From: a virus
Lineage: Duplodnaviria; Caudoviricetes
Length of the DNA stretch: 36,578 bases
Direction: 5' to 3' (one strand)
Virus record (IMG/VR): IMGVR_UViG_3300020187_000092
Span: 1-36,578 of that record
The notes under the pieces were generated by a model. It had not been told where the DNA came from, did not search any database, and saw nothing but the letters and a program-made list of their open reading frames with translations. The position numbers and the translations under genes were made by a program. Positions 10,288 through 20,247 of the stretch are shown here, piece after piece (position 1 is the stretch's first letter; every line of letters starts with the position of its first letter).

Positions 10288-10295
10288 TATAAATA
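10288..10295 (-). promoter_or_regulatory. Putative late promoter motif
   Basis: TATTTATA between a terminator and the neck-gene ATG. Confidence 0.6.
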
Positions 10296-10297
10296 TT

Positions 10298-10325
10298 AAA
10301 AAAAAGTCCCTAAATAAGGGACTTT
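10298..10325 (-). terminator. Intrinsic terminator
   Basis: Minus strand AAAGTCCCT-TATTT-AGGGACTTT running into a T-tract. Confidence 0.8.
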
Positions 10326-10351
10326 CTATATCAGTTTAAACTAAGTAAAGA

Positions 10352-10627
10352 TTAACTAAGGGTAGGAGTATACCAAGCACTTCCAGATCTAAAATAAAAT
10401 GAATTATCGTAAAAAGCTATAGACCCATTAGCTGAAGATGTAGGTAGTGTATCTAAAGGTAATAGTGTGATAAGTTCTGTAGAAGTTATTGAACCGCTTA
10501 CTACTAAAGATCCACTAACAACTAAAGAACCAGTTACAGCTTGTGACCCTGTAAAATATCTAAAGTTATTGTCTAACTCATCTGTAGTTAGAGGAGATCC
10601 TTTATCTGATCTATAAGTTAAAGCCAT
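10352..10627 (-). CDS. Short paralogue of the N-terminus of the 1250-aa fibre
   Basis: MALTYRSDKGSPLTTDELDNNFRYFTGSQAVTGSLVVSGSLVVSGSI versus MAITLRSDKGSALTIKELDDNFRHFTGSHAVTGSLVVSGSLVISGSI. Confidence 0.8.
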   Translation of the reverse strand: MALTYRSDKGSPLTTDELDNNFRYFTGSQAVTGSLVVSGSLVVSGSITSTELITLLPLDTLPTSSANGSIAFYDNSFYFRSGSAWYTPTLS

Positions 10628-10647
10628 CGGTTATATTATTTTATATG

Positions 10648-10655
10648 TATAAATA
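10648..10655 (-). promoter_or_regulatory. Putative late promoter motif
   Basis: TATTTATA 20 nt before the ATG. Confidence 0.6.
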
Positions 10656-10695
10656 TACTAAAGATTTAGAAAAATCAATAAGTACGGAATAGTTA

Positions 10696-11538
10696 TTATG
10701 GGGCAGCATTTTTATAAGGGTGGTTTGATGGTAAGTTTCCTTGTAATCCCCATTTCCAAGCTAAATATCCTTCTGCTTTTCGATCATGTACGTGGCTATT
10801 CATAAACTCACTAGGATCACCATTAAATAATAATAGTTCCCCAAAACGTCCTGTTAGTTTTTTATTACCATTTCTGTTAGCCATTATACGTAATCTTTGA
10901 TAAACATCTAAGTTATTACCGGTCATATAACTCATTCTATGAGTAGACTGACTACTAAGATTACTACCATTTATAAAATGTCTTATATATCGCCATCCCA
11001 TCTCGTAGGAAAATGCTACAGTGTATATAATCCAATTATTCTCTCTATTTACAGTACTAAAGGGTCCTAATACTCCACTACTCCCTACCCCATTTCCTAA
11101 ATCTACTTCTCCCCAAAATCGGGATGTACTATTAGCAGAAACAGCATAATCTCGATTAGCATCTAAACTCCATAAAGAATCTTTAGAATCATTAACAACC
11201 ATAGGTCGAAATACTCCTACAGCAAAGTGGTAACCACTACTACCAACTAAAGGATCTGTGTTGCTGTTTTCAAAAGCAGTACTACCTCCAAAATATAAAC
11301 AATCTAAACCATTTTGTTGAACCCCTGTTACTGGGTTACTATTGCCTATTACACCTAAATTATCACCATAATTACCTTGTGATCTAATTCCAGTTGTTGT
11401 TGTTCCGCTTTTTATATAACTAGTAGTATCACTAGCATCATACCATCCTGCTAAATTAGGAATACTAGTAGGGGAAAAAGGTGGAGGGGAGGGGGGAGAG
11501 GTTTCCCCCCAATACATAGTTGGTGTGAATAAAGCCAT
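10696..11538 (-). CDS. Putative lectin-like (LamG/ConA-type) receptor-binding protein, copy 2
   Basis: 280 aa; WYDASD ... GRFGELL ... EGYLAWKWGL motifs; Pro-rich linker; paralogue of the neighbouring gene. Confidence 0.7.
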   Translation of the reverse strand: MALFTPTMYWGETSPPSPPPFSPTSIPNLAGWYDASDTTSYIKSGTTTTGIRSQGNYGDNLGVIGNSNPVTGVQQNGLDCLYFGGSTAFENSNTDPLVGSSGYHFAVGVFRPMVVNDSKDSLWSLDANRDYAVSANSTSRFWGEVDLGNGVGSSGVLGPFSTVNRENNWIIYTVAFSYEMGWRYIRHFINGSNLSSQSTHRMSYMTGNNLDVYQRLRIMANRNGNKKLTGRFGELLLFNGDPSEFMNSHVHDRKAEGYLAWKWGLQGNLPSNHPYKNAAP

Positions 11539-11539
11539 A

Positions 11540-12382
11540 TTATGGGGCTGAGTTTCTATAAGGGTGGTTTGATGGTAATTTTGCTTGTAATCCCCACTTC
11601 CAAGCTAGATATCCTTCTGCTTGGTATCTGTAGAAAAGGTTATCATCAACCGTACCAGGAACACCACATTCACCATTATATATTAGTAATTCTCCAAACC
11701 TACCTTCTTGTTTTTTACCACCACTTCTATTAGCCATTATACGTAGCTTTTGGTTAGTATCTAGATTAGTCAAATAAGTTGTTCTCCAACCATTACTACT
11801 ACTACCTACATGAGCATTTATCCAAAACTGGACCATATTAGGACTTGGGAGTTTAGTAAATGCTACGGATACTATAATCCATTGATTTTCATAGTTGGTG
11901 GATGAAAAAGGTCCTATTCTAATATTTGAACCCACACCATTCCCCATATCTACTTCCCCCCACCATGCAAAATTTTGGTTCGAAGAAACAGCATAATTAT
12001 AGCTGGTAGATTCCAGACTCCATAATGAGTCTTTTGTAGCGTTAACATTTTGGGGATAAAATACCCCAACAGCAAAATGTAAACCATTGGTAGCTAAAGG
12101 GTCGTTATAAGGATTTACAAATAGTCCTGATCCATTGAAATATAAAGTATTTAAACCATTTTGTGTAGATCCTGCTACGGGGTAGGTGTTTCCGGCTGAA
12201 TCTAAGTCATCTCCATATCCATTTCTTCCCTGAATACCTGCTATTTGAGTTCCACTCATTCTATAAGTACTAGTATCACTAGCATCATACCATGCTGCTA
12301 AATTAGGGATGTCAGAAGGAGCGAATGGAGCAGGAGGGGATGAATCCTCTCCCCAATATGCAGTTGGGGTAAATAAAGCCAT
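11540..12382 (-). CDS. Putative lectin-like (LamG/ConA-type) receptor-binding protein, copy 1
   Basis: 280 aa with the same motifs; starts 1 nt after the stop of the long fibre gene. Confidence 0.7.
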   Translation of the reverse strand: MALFTPTAYWGEDSSPPAPFAPSDIPNLAAWYDASDTSTYRMSGTQIAGIQGRNGYGDDLDSAGNTYPVAGSTQNGLNTLYFNGSGLFVNPYNDPLATNGLHFAVGVFYPQNVNATKDSLWSLESTSYNYAVSSNQNFAWWGEVDMGNGVGSNIRIGPFSSTNYENQWIIVSVAFTKLPSPNMVQFWINAHVGSSSNGWRTTYLTNLDTNQKLRIMANRSGGKKQEGRFGELLIYNGECGVPGTVDDNLFYRYQAEGYLAWKWGLQAKLPSNHPYRNSAP

Positions 12383-12383
12383 A

Positions 12384-15300
12384 TTAAGAGAAGTTCTTTA
12401 ATCCAGTAGCATACCAAGTAGTACCATCAAAAGTAACAAAAGACCAAACATCTATATCTCCTGCCCCTGTAGAAGCAGCAGAATCAAATCCATCAGCAAA
12501 CTTAATATTACTACTCCAAGTGATAGTACCTGGAGTTCCAGAATTTTGAGTTACTTTTAAATTAATAGTTTGTCCAGGACCTCCACCTGAACCAAATGAA
12601 ATTTGATTAGCAGCTGATTGTAAAGTGGTTTCAAAGAAGTTACCTGTAGAAGCAGGTATTATAATAGTCCAGAAATTAGATTGAAAAGTAGGATTTACTG
12701 TTTGAACTGAAGTTATTAGACTACCAGTTACATTTAAATCTCCTTGTACTTCTAAGTTAGAACTACTACCACTAATTACTACATTATTACTAAATGTAGT
12801 GGAACTACCACTTGCTACAGAGACTCCTAAAGATTCTAATTGGGCTGAGGAAGATATAATTCCAGCTCCGGAAGAATCAATATCACCATATTCAATAGTT
12901 CTGTTTCTCCAAATACCGGCATCATACTCTAAGTATTGTCTTGTAGAAGGAGCATTGATATCAACATCTGTAATTTCTCCTAAATTACTAATAGTTGAAG
13001 TTGCACCTCCTGAACCCCCTACTGTGTTTCTAAATAGACCTGAGTTGATAAGGTTTGCTTGTGAAGTATTACTTAAATCAGTTGCATCCGCTCTAACTAC
13101 TAAATAACCAACAAACGTTAAGGATTTAGAAGTTGTAAGTGATTCTACAAATTGTTCTGTAGCTAATTGACTTACAGCGGTAGCTAAACTATCATAAGTT
13201 TTTTGACCATAGTATACATAAAATCTTTCACTAGTAGGTCCTACGAATACTCTTTGTATTGTAGTTGTTGAACCACTAATATTAACTAATGTACCTGTTC
13301 CATCATCATATTTTGTAGGATCGATGGTATTATAAAAGTTACCACTATTAATATCTCCTACAAAATCACTACCTGACCTGTATACTCTAACAGTTGCATC
13401 TGTTGTAGATAAAGATGGTGTATCATATACACTAGGGTTATTAGGATCTTTAGAATAAAAACCACCTAGTTTGAAAGTAATACCTGTTGAAGTATTAAAT
13501 CCTAAAGATGAACCACTAGCAGATAAATCATATCCTTGTTGTTTTAGAGGACCAAATGCTCTAATAAACTGATTAGCTTGAGCTGGACCAGCATATGTAG
13601 TTTGTTTTTCCTCACCAAAGGCATCAATATAGGTATTAGTTAAGTGACCTAAAGTACCTAATGGGATTTTTTCTAAATACTGTTGAGTAGTAAAATCTTC
13701 TACTTGTTGTTGAAGATCTCCATTTTCATCTATATAAAGGTGAGAATATTGGGAAGAAGTTAAGTAAGTAGCACTTGCAGTAATAGCACCCCATTTAACC
13801 TGAGTAGGAACTACTGCGTTAGCTGAACCTGTTTCTGCATTATAGTTTACTACTATACCACCACCAGGGCTTACATATAAATCTGTACCACTAAATGTTA
13901 CAACACCACCATAAATAAGTCCTGATCCTACACCATATTCGATCCATTCTTGATCCCATAATGTACCTTTGTTTCTGTAATAGAAATCACACTGATCAGC
14001 ACTAAAGTTGGAAGCAGAAGTAAATAAATAAGTAGCATTTATGTTACTAGTTCCTGGATCTGCTGAAGGTGCTATTACAACTGAACCCGTTATATATTGA
14101 GATGCTTTGAAATCATTTGATCCTGTAGTTGCGAATGTAGCTGAATCTTTACCTTCTAATAATAGTGAGTCTAAAGATACAGAAGATGTACCTTGAAGTG
14201 AACCTGTGATTCCTTCTGTAACTGTTAAACTACCAGTAATATCAACATCACCTCCAAATGATGATGTAGTACTGACTGAAAAACTATCTCCTGTTACTAT
14301 AGTAACACCTTGGAAAAGATTACTACCAGTTAAAACTGTATTACCCTCTACTCTAAACCCTTGGTTATCTATTACTGTTAATGAACCTGATACTTCTGTA
14401 GATCCCGTAAATGAAGTTGAACCTGAGAACGATGTAACTCCACCTGATGAAGAGATAAATCCTAAAGATTCTATCTGTTGTGAGCTACTGATTATACTCT
14501 CAGCATCTAGCTTAGTTTTTACTCTTTCGTCTGTATAGTAAAGGTTAGTACCTTCTAATAAGTCACCTGTGTTTGATGAACTTTCATCTATAAGTTTTAT
14601 CCAGTTACCACTATGAGCAAAATATCCTTTACCCGTTGCATGTACATGAGCAAACATCCCATGGTAAGTTGTGGCACTTGGTAAATCTGCTTCGGTATTA
14701 TATACGTTAGCAAATAAAACTCTATTACCATCCATGTCTAAATCACTAGCGGTAACAAAATCTAATACCTGTTGTGAACCACTAACGGTTCCTGGAGAGG
14801 ATGATGTTATAAATCCTAAACTTTCTAGTTGAGTTGAACCACTAAGAATCCCCGAGTTTGAAGAAGTAAGGAATCCTAAACTTTCTAGTTGAGTTGAACC
14901 ACTTACGATTCCAGAGTTTGAAGAAGTAAGGAATCCTAAATCTTCTATCTGTTGTGAACCACTAATAGTCCCTGAAGTTGAAGATGTTATAAATCCTAAA
15001 CCTTCTATTTGTTGTGAACCACTAACGGTTCCAGCTGGGATAGAACCTGTTTCCATACCAATAAAGGTAAGGTTACCGTTACCATCTGTAGCTATTACTT
15101 GATTTAAAGTTCCGTCAGTTGATGGGAAAATTAATCCACTAGTAATAAAATCACCCCCACTTACAATAAGTGAACCTGTGATAGAAGTATCACCACCACT
15201 AGATAATATAGCTCCTAAATCTTCTAGTTGGGTTGAACCTGAAACAATACCTGAGGGTAGTTGAGAAGATCCTGATATTACACCACTAGGTAAAGAACCA

Positions 15301-16136
15301 GTGTCTACCGTTAAAGAAATAACGTCACCACTACCATATATTAAATCAATAGTATTACCATCTACTGAACCTGAAACGATTAAAGAGCCTGTGTCTGTAA
15401 AAGATGCAGAAACTGGAGTGCTTCCTGAATAAGAAACTTCAGCTACTGTACTAATAACATCTCCATCATTATTTACAAAAGCCAGAGATGCGGTGGTAAT
15501 CAATACATTACCTACTCTAATAGCATTTGGTTCACCTGTCATCACAGATACTACCTCACCATCAGTAATAAACTTAAGGGAAGCAGTTGTTAGATATAAA
15601 TCTCTCCATGGGTTTGTTTGACTACCTAAATCGTAAATACCATTATTGATTCCAGTAGCTTCTGGGATTAGAGATCCTGAGAAGAACTGAGAGCCTGTAA
15701 AATGGTTAGATGAAGTTACAGCAAACGATCCTGTATCTATTGATGAAGCTGAACCTGTAGGTACAACTAAACTTTCTGTAGTTCCATCACCTTGAGTAAA
15801 CGTGATAGTACTGTCAAGTATTGAAGATGACACGTAAAACGAGCCAGTATCTATAGAACCACCACCTCCGCCACCTGAACCAGTAGCTACGGTTATATCA
15901 AAGTTACTACCATCACCCTTAGTAAATGTAATAGTATTATCTACAGCTGAAGCTGTAATAAGTGATCCAGTTGCTGAGATACCTGAGGTTGCTGAGATAG
16001 ATCCTGAGATAACTAAAGAACCACTAACAACTAAAGAACCAGTTACAGCATGTGATCCTGTAAAGTGTCTGAAGTTATCATCTAGTTCTTTAATAGTTAA
16101 AGCTGAACCTTTATCTGATCTAAGAGTTATTGCCAT
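12384..16136 (-). CDS. Long fibre protein (Ser/Gly/Thr-rich, mosaic)
   Basis: 1250 aa; many xSGS/TGS motifs, 20-aa internal repeats, and a C-terminal DIDVWSFVTFDGTTWY domain. Confidence 0.8.
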   Translation of the reverse strand: MAITLRSDKGSALTIKELDDNFRHFTGSHAVTGSLVVSGSLVISGSISATSGISATGSLITASAVDNTITFTKGDGSNFDITVATGSGGGGGGSIDTGSFYVSSSILDSTITFTQGDGTTESLVVPTGSASSIDTGSFAVTSSNHFTGSQFFSGSLIPEATGINNGIYDLGSQTNPWRDLYLTTASLKFITDGEVVSVMTGEPNAIRVGNVLITTASLAFVNNDGDVISTVAEVSYSGSTPVSASFTDTGSLIVSGSVDGNTIDLIYGSGDVISLTVDTGSLPSGVISGSSQLPSGIVSGSTQLEDLGAILSSGGDTSITGSLIVSGGDFITSGLIFPSTDGTLNQVIATDGNGNLTFIGMETGSIPAGTVSGSQQIEGLGFITSSTSGTISGSQQIEDLGFLTSSNSGIVSGSTQLESLGFLTSSNSGILSGSTQLESLGFITSSSPGTVSGSQQVLDFVTASDLDMDGNRVLFANVYNTEADLPSATTYHGMFAHVHATGKGYFAHSGNWIKLIDESSSNTGDLLEGTNLYYTDERVKTKLDAESIISSSQQIESLGFISSSGGVTSFSGSTSFTGSTEVSGSLTVIDNQGFRVEGNTVLTGSNLFQGVTIVTGDSFSVSTTSSFGGDVDITGSLTVTEGITGSLQGTSSVSLDSLLLEGKDSATFATTGSNDFKASQYITGSVVIAPSADPGTSNINATYLFTSASNFSADQCDFYYRNKGTLWDQEWIEYGVGSGLIYGGVVTFSGTDLYVSPGGGIVVNYNAETGSANAVVPTQVKWGAITASATYLTSSQYSHLYIDENGDLQQQVEDFTTQQYLEKIPLGTLGHLTNTYIDAFGEEKQTTYAGPAQANQFIRAFGPLKQQGYDLSASGSSLGFNTSTGITFKLGGFYSKDPNNPSVYDTPSLSTTDATVRVYRSGSDFVGDINSGNFYNTIDPTKYDDGTGTLVNISGSTTTIQRVFVGPTSERFYVYYGQKTYDSLATAVSQLATEQFVESLTTSKSLTFVGYLVVRADATDLSNTSQANLINSGLFRNTVGGSGGATSTISNLGEITDVDINAPSTRQYLEYDAGIWRNRTIEYGDIDSSGAGIISSSAQLESLGVSVASGSSTTFSNNVVISGSSSNLEVQGDLNVTGSLITSVQTVNPTFQSNFWTIIIPASTGNFFETTLQSAANQISFGSGGGPGQTINLKVTQNSGTPGTITWSSNIKFADGFDSAASTGAGDIDVWSFVTFDGTTWYATGLKNFS
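14761..15030. repeat. About 4.5 copies of a 60-bp coding tandem repeat (SGSxQ[LI]ExLGF[LI]TSS)
   Basis: Sequence lines 14821, 14881 and 14941 align in register, each ending aatcctaaa; dispersed copies near 12840, 14470 and 15230. Confidence 0.9.
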
Positions 16137-16156
16137 TGGGGAGTTTTTTAAAATTT

Positions 16157-16642
16157 TTAAGTAGAAGCTACAAAGTATTCAAGTTGGATGTTAGAACCAC
16201 TTGCTTTAGCTTTGATAACATCTAACGCTGTAAAATCGCTATAATAAGTTTCGTCAACATAACTTTCATCAACATAATCTATAGTAGATGAAGCATTCAT
16301 TTCAGCATCATTAAATACTAAACTTTTACCTGGGGATAAGTGGAATAGGGTACTTTCTAAATCTGATTTGATTAGGTAAATAGTTCCTTCGCCACTACCT
16401 GAGATATGGGTGATTCTAATATATTTTACATCTGTTTTAACAAAAGATCCAGCTAAGGATTGTTCTTCACTATCTACAAACCTTAAAATCTCAATACCAC
16501 TACCACTAAACTTAGTAGTAATAGTATCTACTCTTCTTTCAATCTGGTTAATACCAGGAATAGTTTTTTGGTTTTTGGTGCTTTCAACATTACCATTGGG
16601 TAATACAATCCTTTCAGTAATAGTTGTTATTAAATCAGCCAT
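16157..16642 (-). CDS. Hypothetical virion protein
   Basis: 161 aa, beta-rich; preceded by two promoter-like motifs. Confidence 0.75.
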   Translation of the reverse strand: MADLITTITERIVLPNGNVESTKNQKTIPGINQIERRVDTITTKFSGSGIEILRFVDSEEQSLAGSFVKTDVKYIRITHISGSGEGTIYLIKSDLESTLFHLSPGKSLVFNDAEMNASSTIDYVDESYVDETYYSDFTALDVIKAKASGSNIQLEYFVAST

Positions 16643-16647
16643 GTCGT

Positions 16648-16679
16648 TATTTATAAATACTTAGTTATAGTAATAAATA
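16648..16679 (-). promoter_or_regulatory. Tandem late promoter-like motifs (one palindromic, TATTTATAAATA)
   Basis: tataaata at 16652-16659 and aataaata at 16672-16679 on the + strand. Confidence 0.5.
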
Positions 16680-16681
16680 TG

Positions 16682-17416
16682 TTATTTCTTCTGCCTCTTA
16701 GCTGTTTCGTTGGGAGAGTTAACAATACCTTTTTCTGTAGCTTCTTCATATAAATCTAAAAGACTATCTACTATAGGATCTCTATGGTTTTGTAGTAAAG
16801 TAATACCAATCATATTTTTTACTCTACGAGCAGCTGTATATAAGAACTTAAAACCAGAATCTCGTTTTGATTTTAAGTCTACTTGGTAGTCGTCACCACA
16901 AACAATCATTTTACTACGTAATCCAATACGAGTAACAATCATTTCCATTTGTTCGTGTGTAACGTTTTGTGCTTCATCTACTATAATAACACTATCAAGG
17001 AAAGTTCTACCACGCATAAACGATACGGGTACAATCTCTATTTTACCTTCTTCAATAAGTTTTTCGATTTTAACTTTATCGTATAAGGCAAACATATTTT
17101 GATAAATAGGCTGTACCCACGGGTCCATTTTCTCTCTTAAATCACCTGGTAGGAAACCAATGTCTTCTTTAGATACAGTAGGACGTGTAATAATGATTTT
17201 CCCAACATCCTTCATAAATAAACGCTCGAGAGCTATTTGACAAGCTAATAGAGTTTTTCCAGAACCTGCTTTACCAGCTAATAGGGTTAATGTACTATTT
17301 AAGATTTTGGATTTGGCTTCTTTTTGCTCTTCGTTGAGGGTTATTTTAAACTTAATTGGATTTTTAGGCTTTCGCTTTTCACGGAAAACCTCATCGCTGT
17401 GATGGTTAGATGCCAT
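16682..17416 (-). CDS. phoH: PhoH-family ATPase
   Basis: GKAGSGKT, ITRP, GFLPGDLREKMDPW, FMRGRTF, IVDEAQN and CGDDYQVDL motifs. Start moved to ATG 17416 because the track start lies in the terminator. Confidence 0.95.
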   Translation of the reverse strand: MASNHHSDEVFREKRKPKNPIKFKITLNEEQKEAKSKILNSTLTLLAGKAGSGKTLLACQIALERLFMKDVGKIIITRPTVSKEDIGFLPGDLREKMDPWVQPIYQNMFALYDKVKIEKLIEEGKIEIVPVSFMRGRTFLDSVIIVDEAQNVTHEQMEMIVTRIGLRSKMIVCGDDYQVDLKSKRDSGFKFLYTAARRVKNMIGITLLQNHRDPIVDSLLDLYEEATEKGIVNSPNETAKRQKK

Positions 17417-17449
17417 AAATAATAACGTTTGTTTGTTTATTATACATAC

Positions 17450-17477
17450 AAAAAAGAGCCCCGCTAACGCGGGGCTC
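17450..17477 (-). terminator. Intrinsic terminator after the major capsid gene
   Basis: GAGCCCCGC-GTTA-GCGGGGCTC followed by T6. Confidence 0.92.
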
Positions 17478-17503
17478 AATTAAGTATCTGACTTAACTCT
17501 TGA

Positions 17504-19135
17504 TTATAGAGAGTTCAATCCGTTTACAAAGATACGACCATAGAATTCTGGACGTAACATTTTCTTCGCGTAACGAGTCAATAGACCTTTACGTGGAGTG
17601 AATGTATCTGGATCGTATACTAAAGGAGTCATGATTAATGGAATGTATGGAGCGAATACCGCACCAGCTTCCAAGAACTGAGATCCTCTAAAGCCCATCA
17701 AGATAGTGTTTTCTTTCATGTATGGGTTTTTGTATACAGTGTAACGACTGTTCATCTGACCAGCTTTCTGTACGCCGAAAGCGTAAGAAGCTTTAGATAC
17801 GTCACCATCAGAGTTAGCAGCAAATCCTGGGATTGACTCTAAGATAGTAGCTACAGTTGGAGAAACAACAACGAAGTTAGCACCACCTCTAAGAGTTCTT
17901 TGGTGAATCTTGTTGCTTAGTTTCTGCATTTTAGTACCTAAAGTTTGGAACCACTGACCTTGTGTGTTGAAGAATCCAGCATCACCGAAATCACCAGCGC
18001 TATCACCAGCAGAAATAGTTACGTTGTTTTTAGCAGACCAGTACTCATCACCAGCAGCAGCATCTTTAATCAACATGTCTAAGATCTCTAAGTCAATCTC
18101 TAAAGAAATGTACTCAGAAAGCATGTTAGTTACTTCAGCTTCAGCATCGATTGATTGGTAAGCGTTCAAATCTTGAGCGAACTCAGGAGTCCAAACTGCT
18201 TTCAACTTACGAGTCTTAGCAACGATTGCTTCCGACTTCATTTGGATGTTGATTTCTGGAATAGAGATATCAGCAGTTGAGCCGTCCCAATCAGAATCAG
18301 TAGCCATTGCGTTTCCATCTTCGAAATCACCTCTTGATACAGCAGATGTTTTCAATGAGTAACCTAACTCAACAGATTGAGGTTGAGCGATAGCAGCAGA
18401 GTTTACGATGAATATTAACTCATCATTAACTGCATCATAAGCAGTAAACTGAGATAATACATTAGCGTTAGTTACAGCACCACCTACGATAGTGAATGAT
18501 CTAACAGCTAAAGAATCCATATCGCTACTTACACCTGAAGCATCTAAAGTTACTTTAGATAAAGAACCAGTTACTACGTAATCTGAATCATAGTTTACAT
18601 CAGTAAATGCTACTGAAGAAGTTACAGCTGCAATAGAAGCAGTGTGAGTATTGATAGAGTAAGAATATCTTCCAGCACCGTAAAGACCACCTTCTGCTTC
18701 GTTACCGAAGTTAGCTGAAGCATCACCGTAAAGTGAACCGTTAGCAGCGAAAGGAGCTTTTGAATCACCGTATTGGAAATCTAGATAAAATACTAGACCA
18801 GAAGGCAAGTTCATAGGCTGTACAGAAACGAATTCTTGAGCAGCGATGTTACCGAATACTTTTCTTACCAATGGTAAAGCAACACCTGCCCACTGAGCAC
18901 CTGTTCCTGAGAAGTTATCAGTATCTGAGATAGCAGCACCTGCAGTACTTGAAGCCTCTACTACCAATTGTTTTGCTTGGTTTTCAAGCAACATTGACAT
19001 GTTGTTAGACGATTGTCCTTCCATTCCTTCGAGAAGTCCAGTCTGTCCCCACTTGCTAGATAATCTAGCTGCGTCAGACTGTAAGTTCTTCCAAGAACCA
19101 GCTGCGCTTTCTAAAAGTGTGTTTAATTGTGACAT
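17504..19135 (-). CDS. gp23: Major capsid protein, T4 gp23 family
   Basis: VQPMNLPSGLVFYL, AKTRKLKAVWTPEFAQDL, IDAEAE, FAPYIPL and TFTPRKGLLTRY motifs. Confidence 0.97.
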   Translation of the reverse strand: MSQLNTLLESAAGSWKNLQSDAARLSSKWGQTGLLEGMEGQSSNNMSMLLENQAKQLVVEASSTAGAAISDTDNFSGTGAQWAGVALPLVRKVFGNIAAQEFVSVQPMNLPSGLVFYLDFQYGDSKAPFAANGSLYGDASANFGNEAEGGLYGAGRYSYSINTHTASIAAVTSSVAFTDVNYDSDYVVTGSLSKVTLDASGVSSDMDSLAVRSFTIVGGAVTNANVLSQFTAYDAVNDELIFIVNSAAIAQPQSVELGYSLKTSAVSRGDFEDGNAMATDSDWDGSTADISIPEINIQMKSEAIVAKTRKLKAVWTPEFAQDLNAYQSIDAEAEVTNMLSEYISLEIDLEILDMLIKDAAAGDEYWSAKNNVTISAGDSAGDFGDAGFFNTQGQWFQTLGTKMQKLSNKIHQRTLRGGANFVVVSPTVATILESIPGFAANSDGDVSKASYAFGVQKAGQMNSRYTVYKNPYMKENTILMGFRGSQFLEAGAVFAPYIPLIMTPLVYDPDTFTPRKGLLTRYAKKMLRPEFYGRIFVNGLNSL

Positions 19136-19162
19136 TTTTAAATTTACAATTTAAGTTATTAA

Positions 19163-20242
19163 TTATTTAATACCAGCAAGTTTTTGCCATCTAGCTACTT
19201 GTGGATTTACATCCACGATAGGAGCTTTACTTTCAGCAATCATACCTGAGGCTTTAGAAGCTCTACCTAAGTTTTCTTTAACTACAGTTTTAGTTGCTTT
19301 AACTTCTTCTGTTAGTGTTTCGAATACTAGTTTTACTTCTTTTACATTTGATGCTTTATCAAATGCTTCTAAGACTTTAACCTTTTGAGACTCTTTCAAG
19401 TTTTTGGCTCTAAAGATTTTGTTTGAATAAAGAAGTTTAGCGTTAAGTAAGTTAACTTCTTGAAGTTCAGTTCTTAAAGCTTCGATTTCAGCCATGATTT
19501 CACTCACGTCTTCTTCTTTAGCTTCTTCAACTTCTTCTTCGTTAACTACTAGTTCTTCAACTTCTTCTTTTTCACCTTCCATAGTTACTTCTACTTCGTC
19601 TTCGATGTCGATTTCTTCTTCACCTTCAGAATCATCCATGTCTTCCATGTCTTCTTCTTCAGCTTCCATTTCATCTCCAGCTTCTAACTCACCAGCTTCA
19701 ACCATGTCAGCAATTACATCTTCGATAAAAGATTTTAGATCTTCTTCAGACATTTCTTCAAGGTCGATTTCTTCGTCTTCGTCTTCGTCTTCAACGTCTT
19801 CAACGTCTTCAACTTCAACTTCTTCGTCTTCTTCTTCCTTGATTTCTTCAGCTTCAGTTACTTCTTCTTCTGAAATAACTTCTTCAGTTACTTCTTCCGC
19901 TTCTGCTACTTCTTCTGATTCTTTCACGTCTTCTTTGTCTTCACCTTCTTCGAGTTCAGCTAAGATTTCATCAAGGTCTACTTCTTCATCCATTTCTTCA
20001 GCTTTCGCTTCGTCCATGTCTGATTTGTATCCTTCTTCCATTTCGTCTTTAGCTTCGTCCATTTTCTCGTCGTAACCTTCTTCCATATCTTCTTTTTCCA
20101 TTTCTTCCAGTTTGGCTGAAAGCATAGAGCGAAGTTGTGGGGCGAAAGTTTCTTCAAGAGCTACTTTTGCATTTGCGATTGCTGTTTCTTTAATAGTTTT
20201 AGCATCAGCAATTGCTTCTTTTAGCAAATCTCTGTTTGACAT
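19163..20242 (-). CDS. Prohead core scaffolding protein (gp22 position)
   Basis: Extremely acidic, coiled-coil-like; lies between protease and MCP. Confidence 0.8.
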   Translation of the reverse strand: MSNRDLLKEAIADAKTIKETAIANAKVALEETFAPQLRSMLSAKLEEMEKEDMEEGYDEKMDEAKDEMEEGYKSDMDEAKAEEMDEEVDLDEILAELEEGEDKEDVKESEEVAEAEEVTEEVISEEEVTEAEEIKEEEDEEVEVEDVEDVEDEDEDEEIDLEEMSEEDLKSFIEDVIADMVEAGELEAGDEMEAEEEDMEDMDDSEGEEEIDIEDEVEVTMEGEKEEVEELVVNEEEVEEAKEEDVSEIMAEIEALRTELQEVNLLNAKLLYSNKIFRAKNLKESQKVKVLEAFDKASNVKEVKLVFETLTEEVKATKTVVKENLGRASKASGMIAESKAPIVDVNPQVARWQKLAGIK

Positions 20243-20247
20243 AATAC

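Noticed and set aside
10696-12382. Diversity-generating retroelement template/variable pair
   Set aside because: Both copies are full genes, differences include indels and are not confined to adenines, and no reverse transcriptase is present in the window.
17417-17479. N-terminal extension of PhoH in the ORF track
   Set aside because: It runs through the MCP terminator and promoter-like motif; ATG 17416 is more plausible.
19494-20075. 193-aa Ser-rich + strand ORF
   Set aside because: Antisense mirror of Glu/Asp codons in the scaffold gene.
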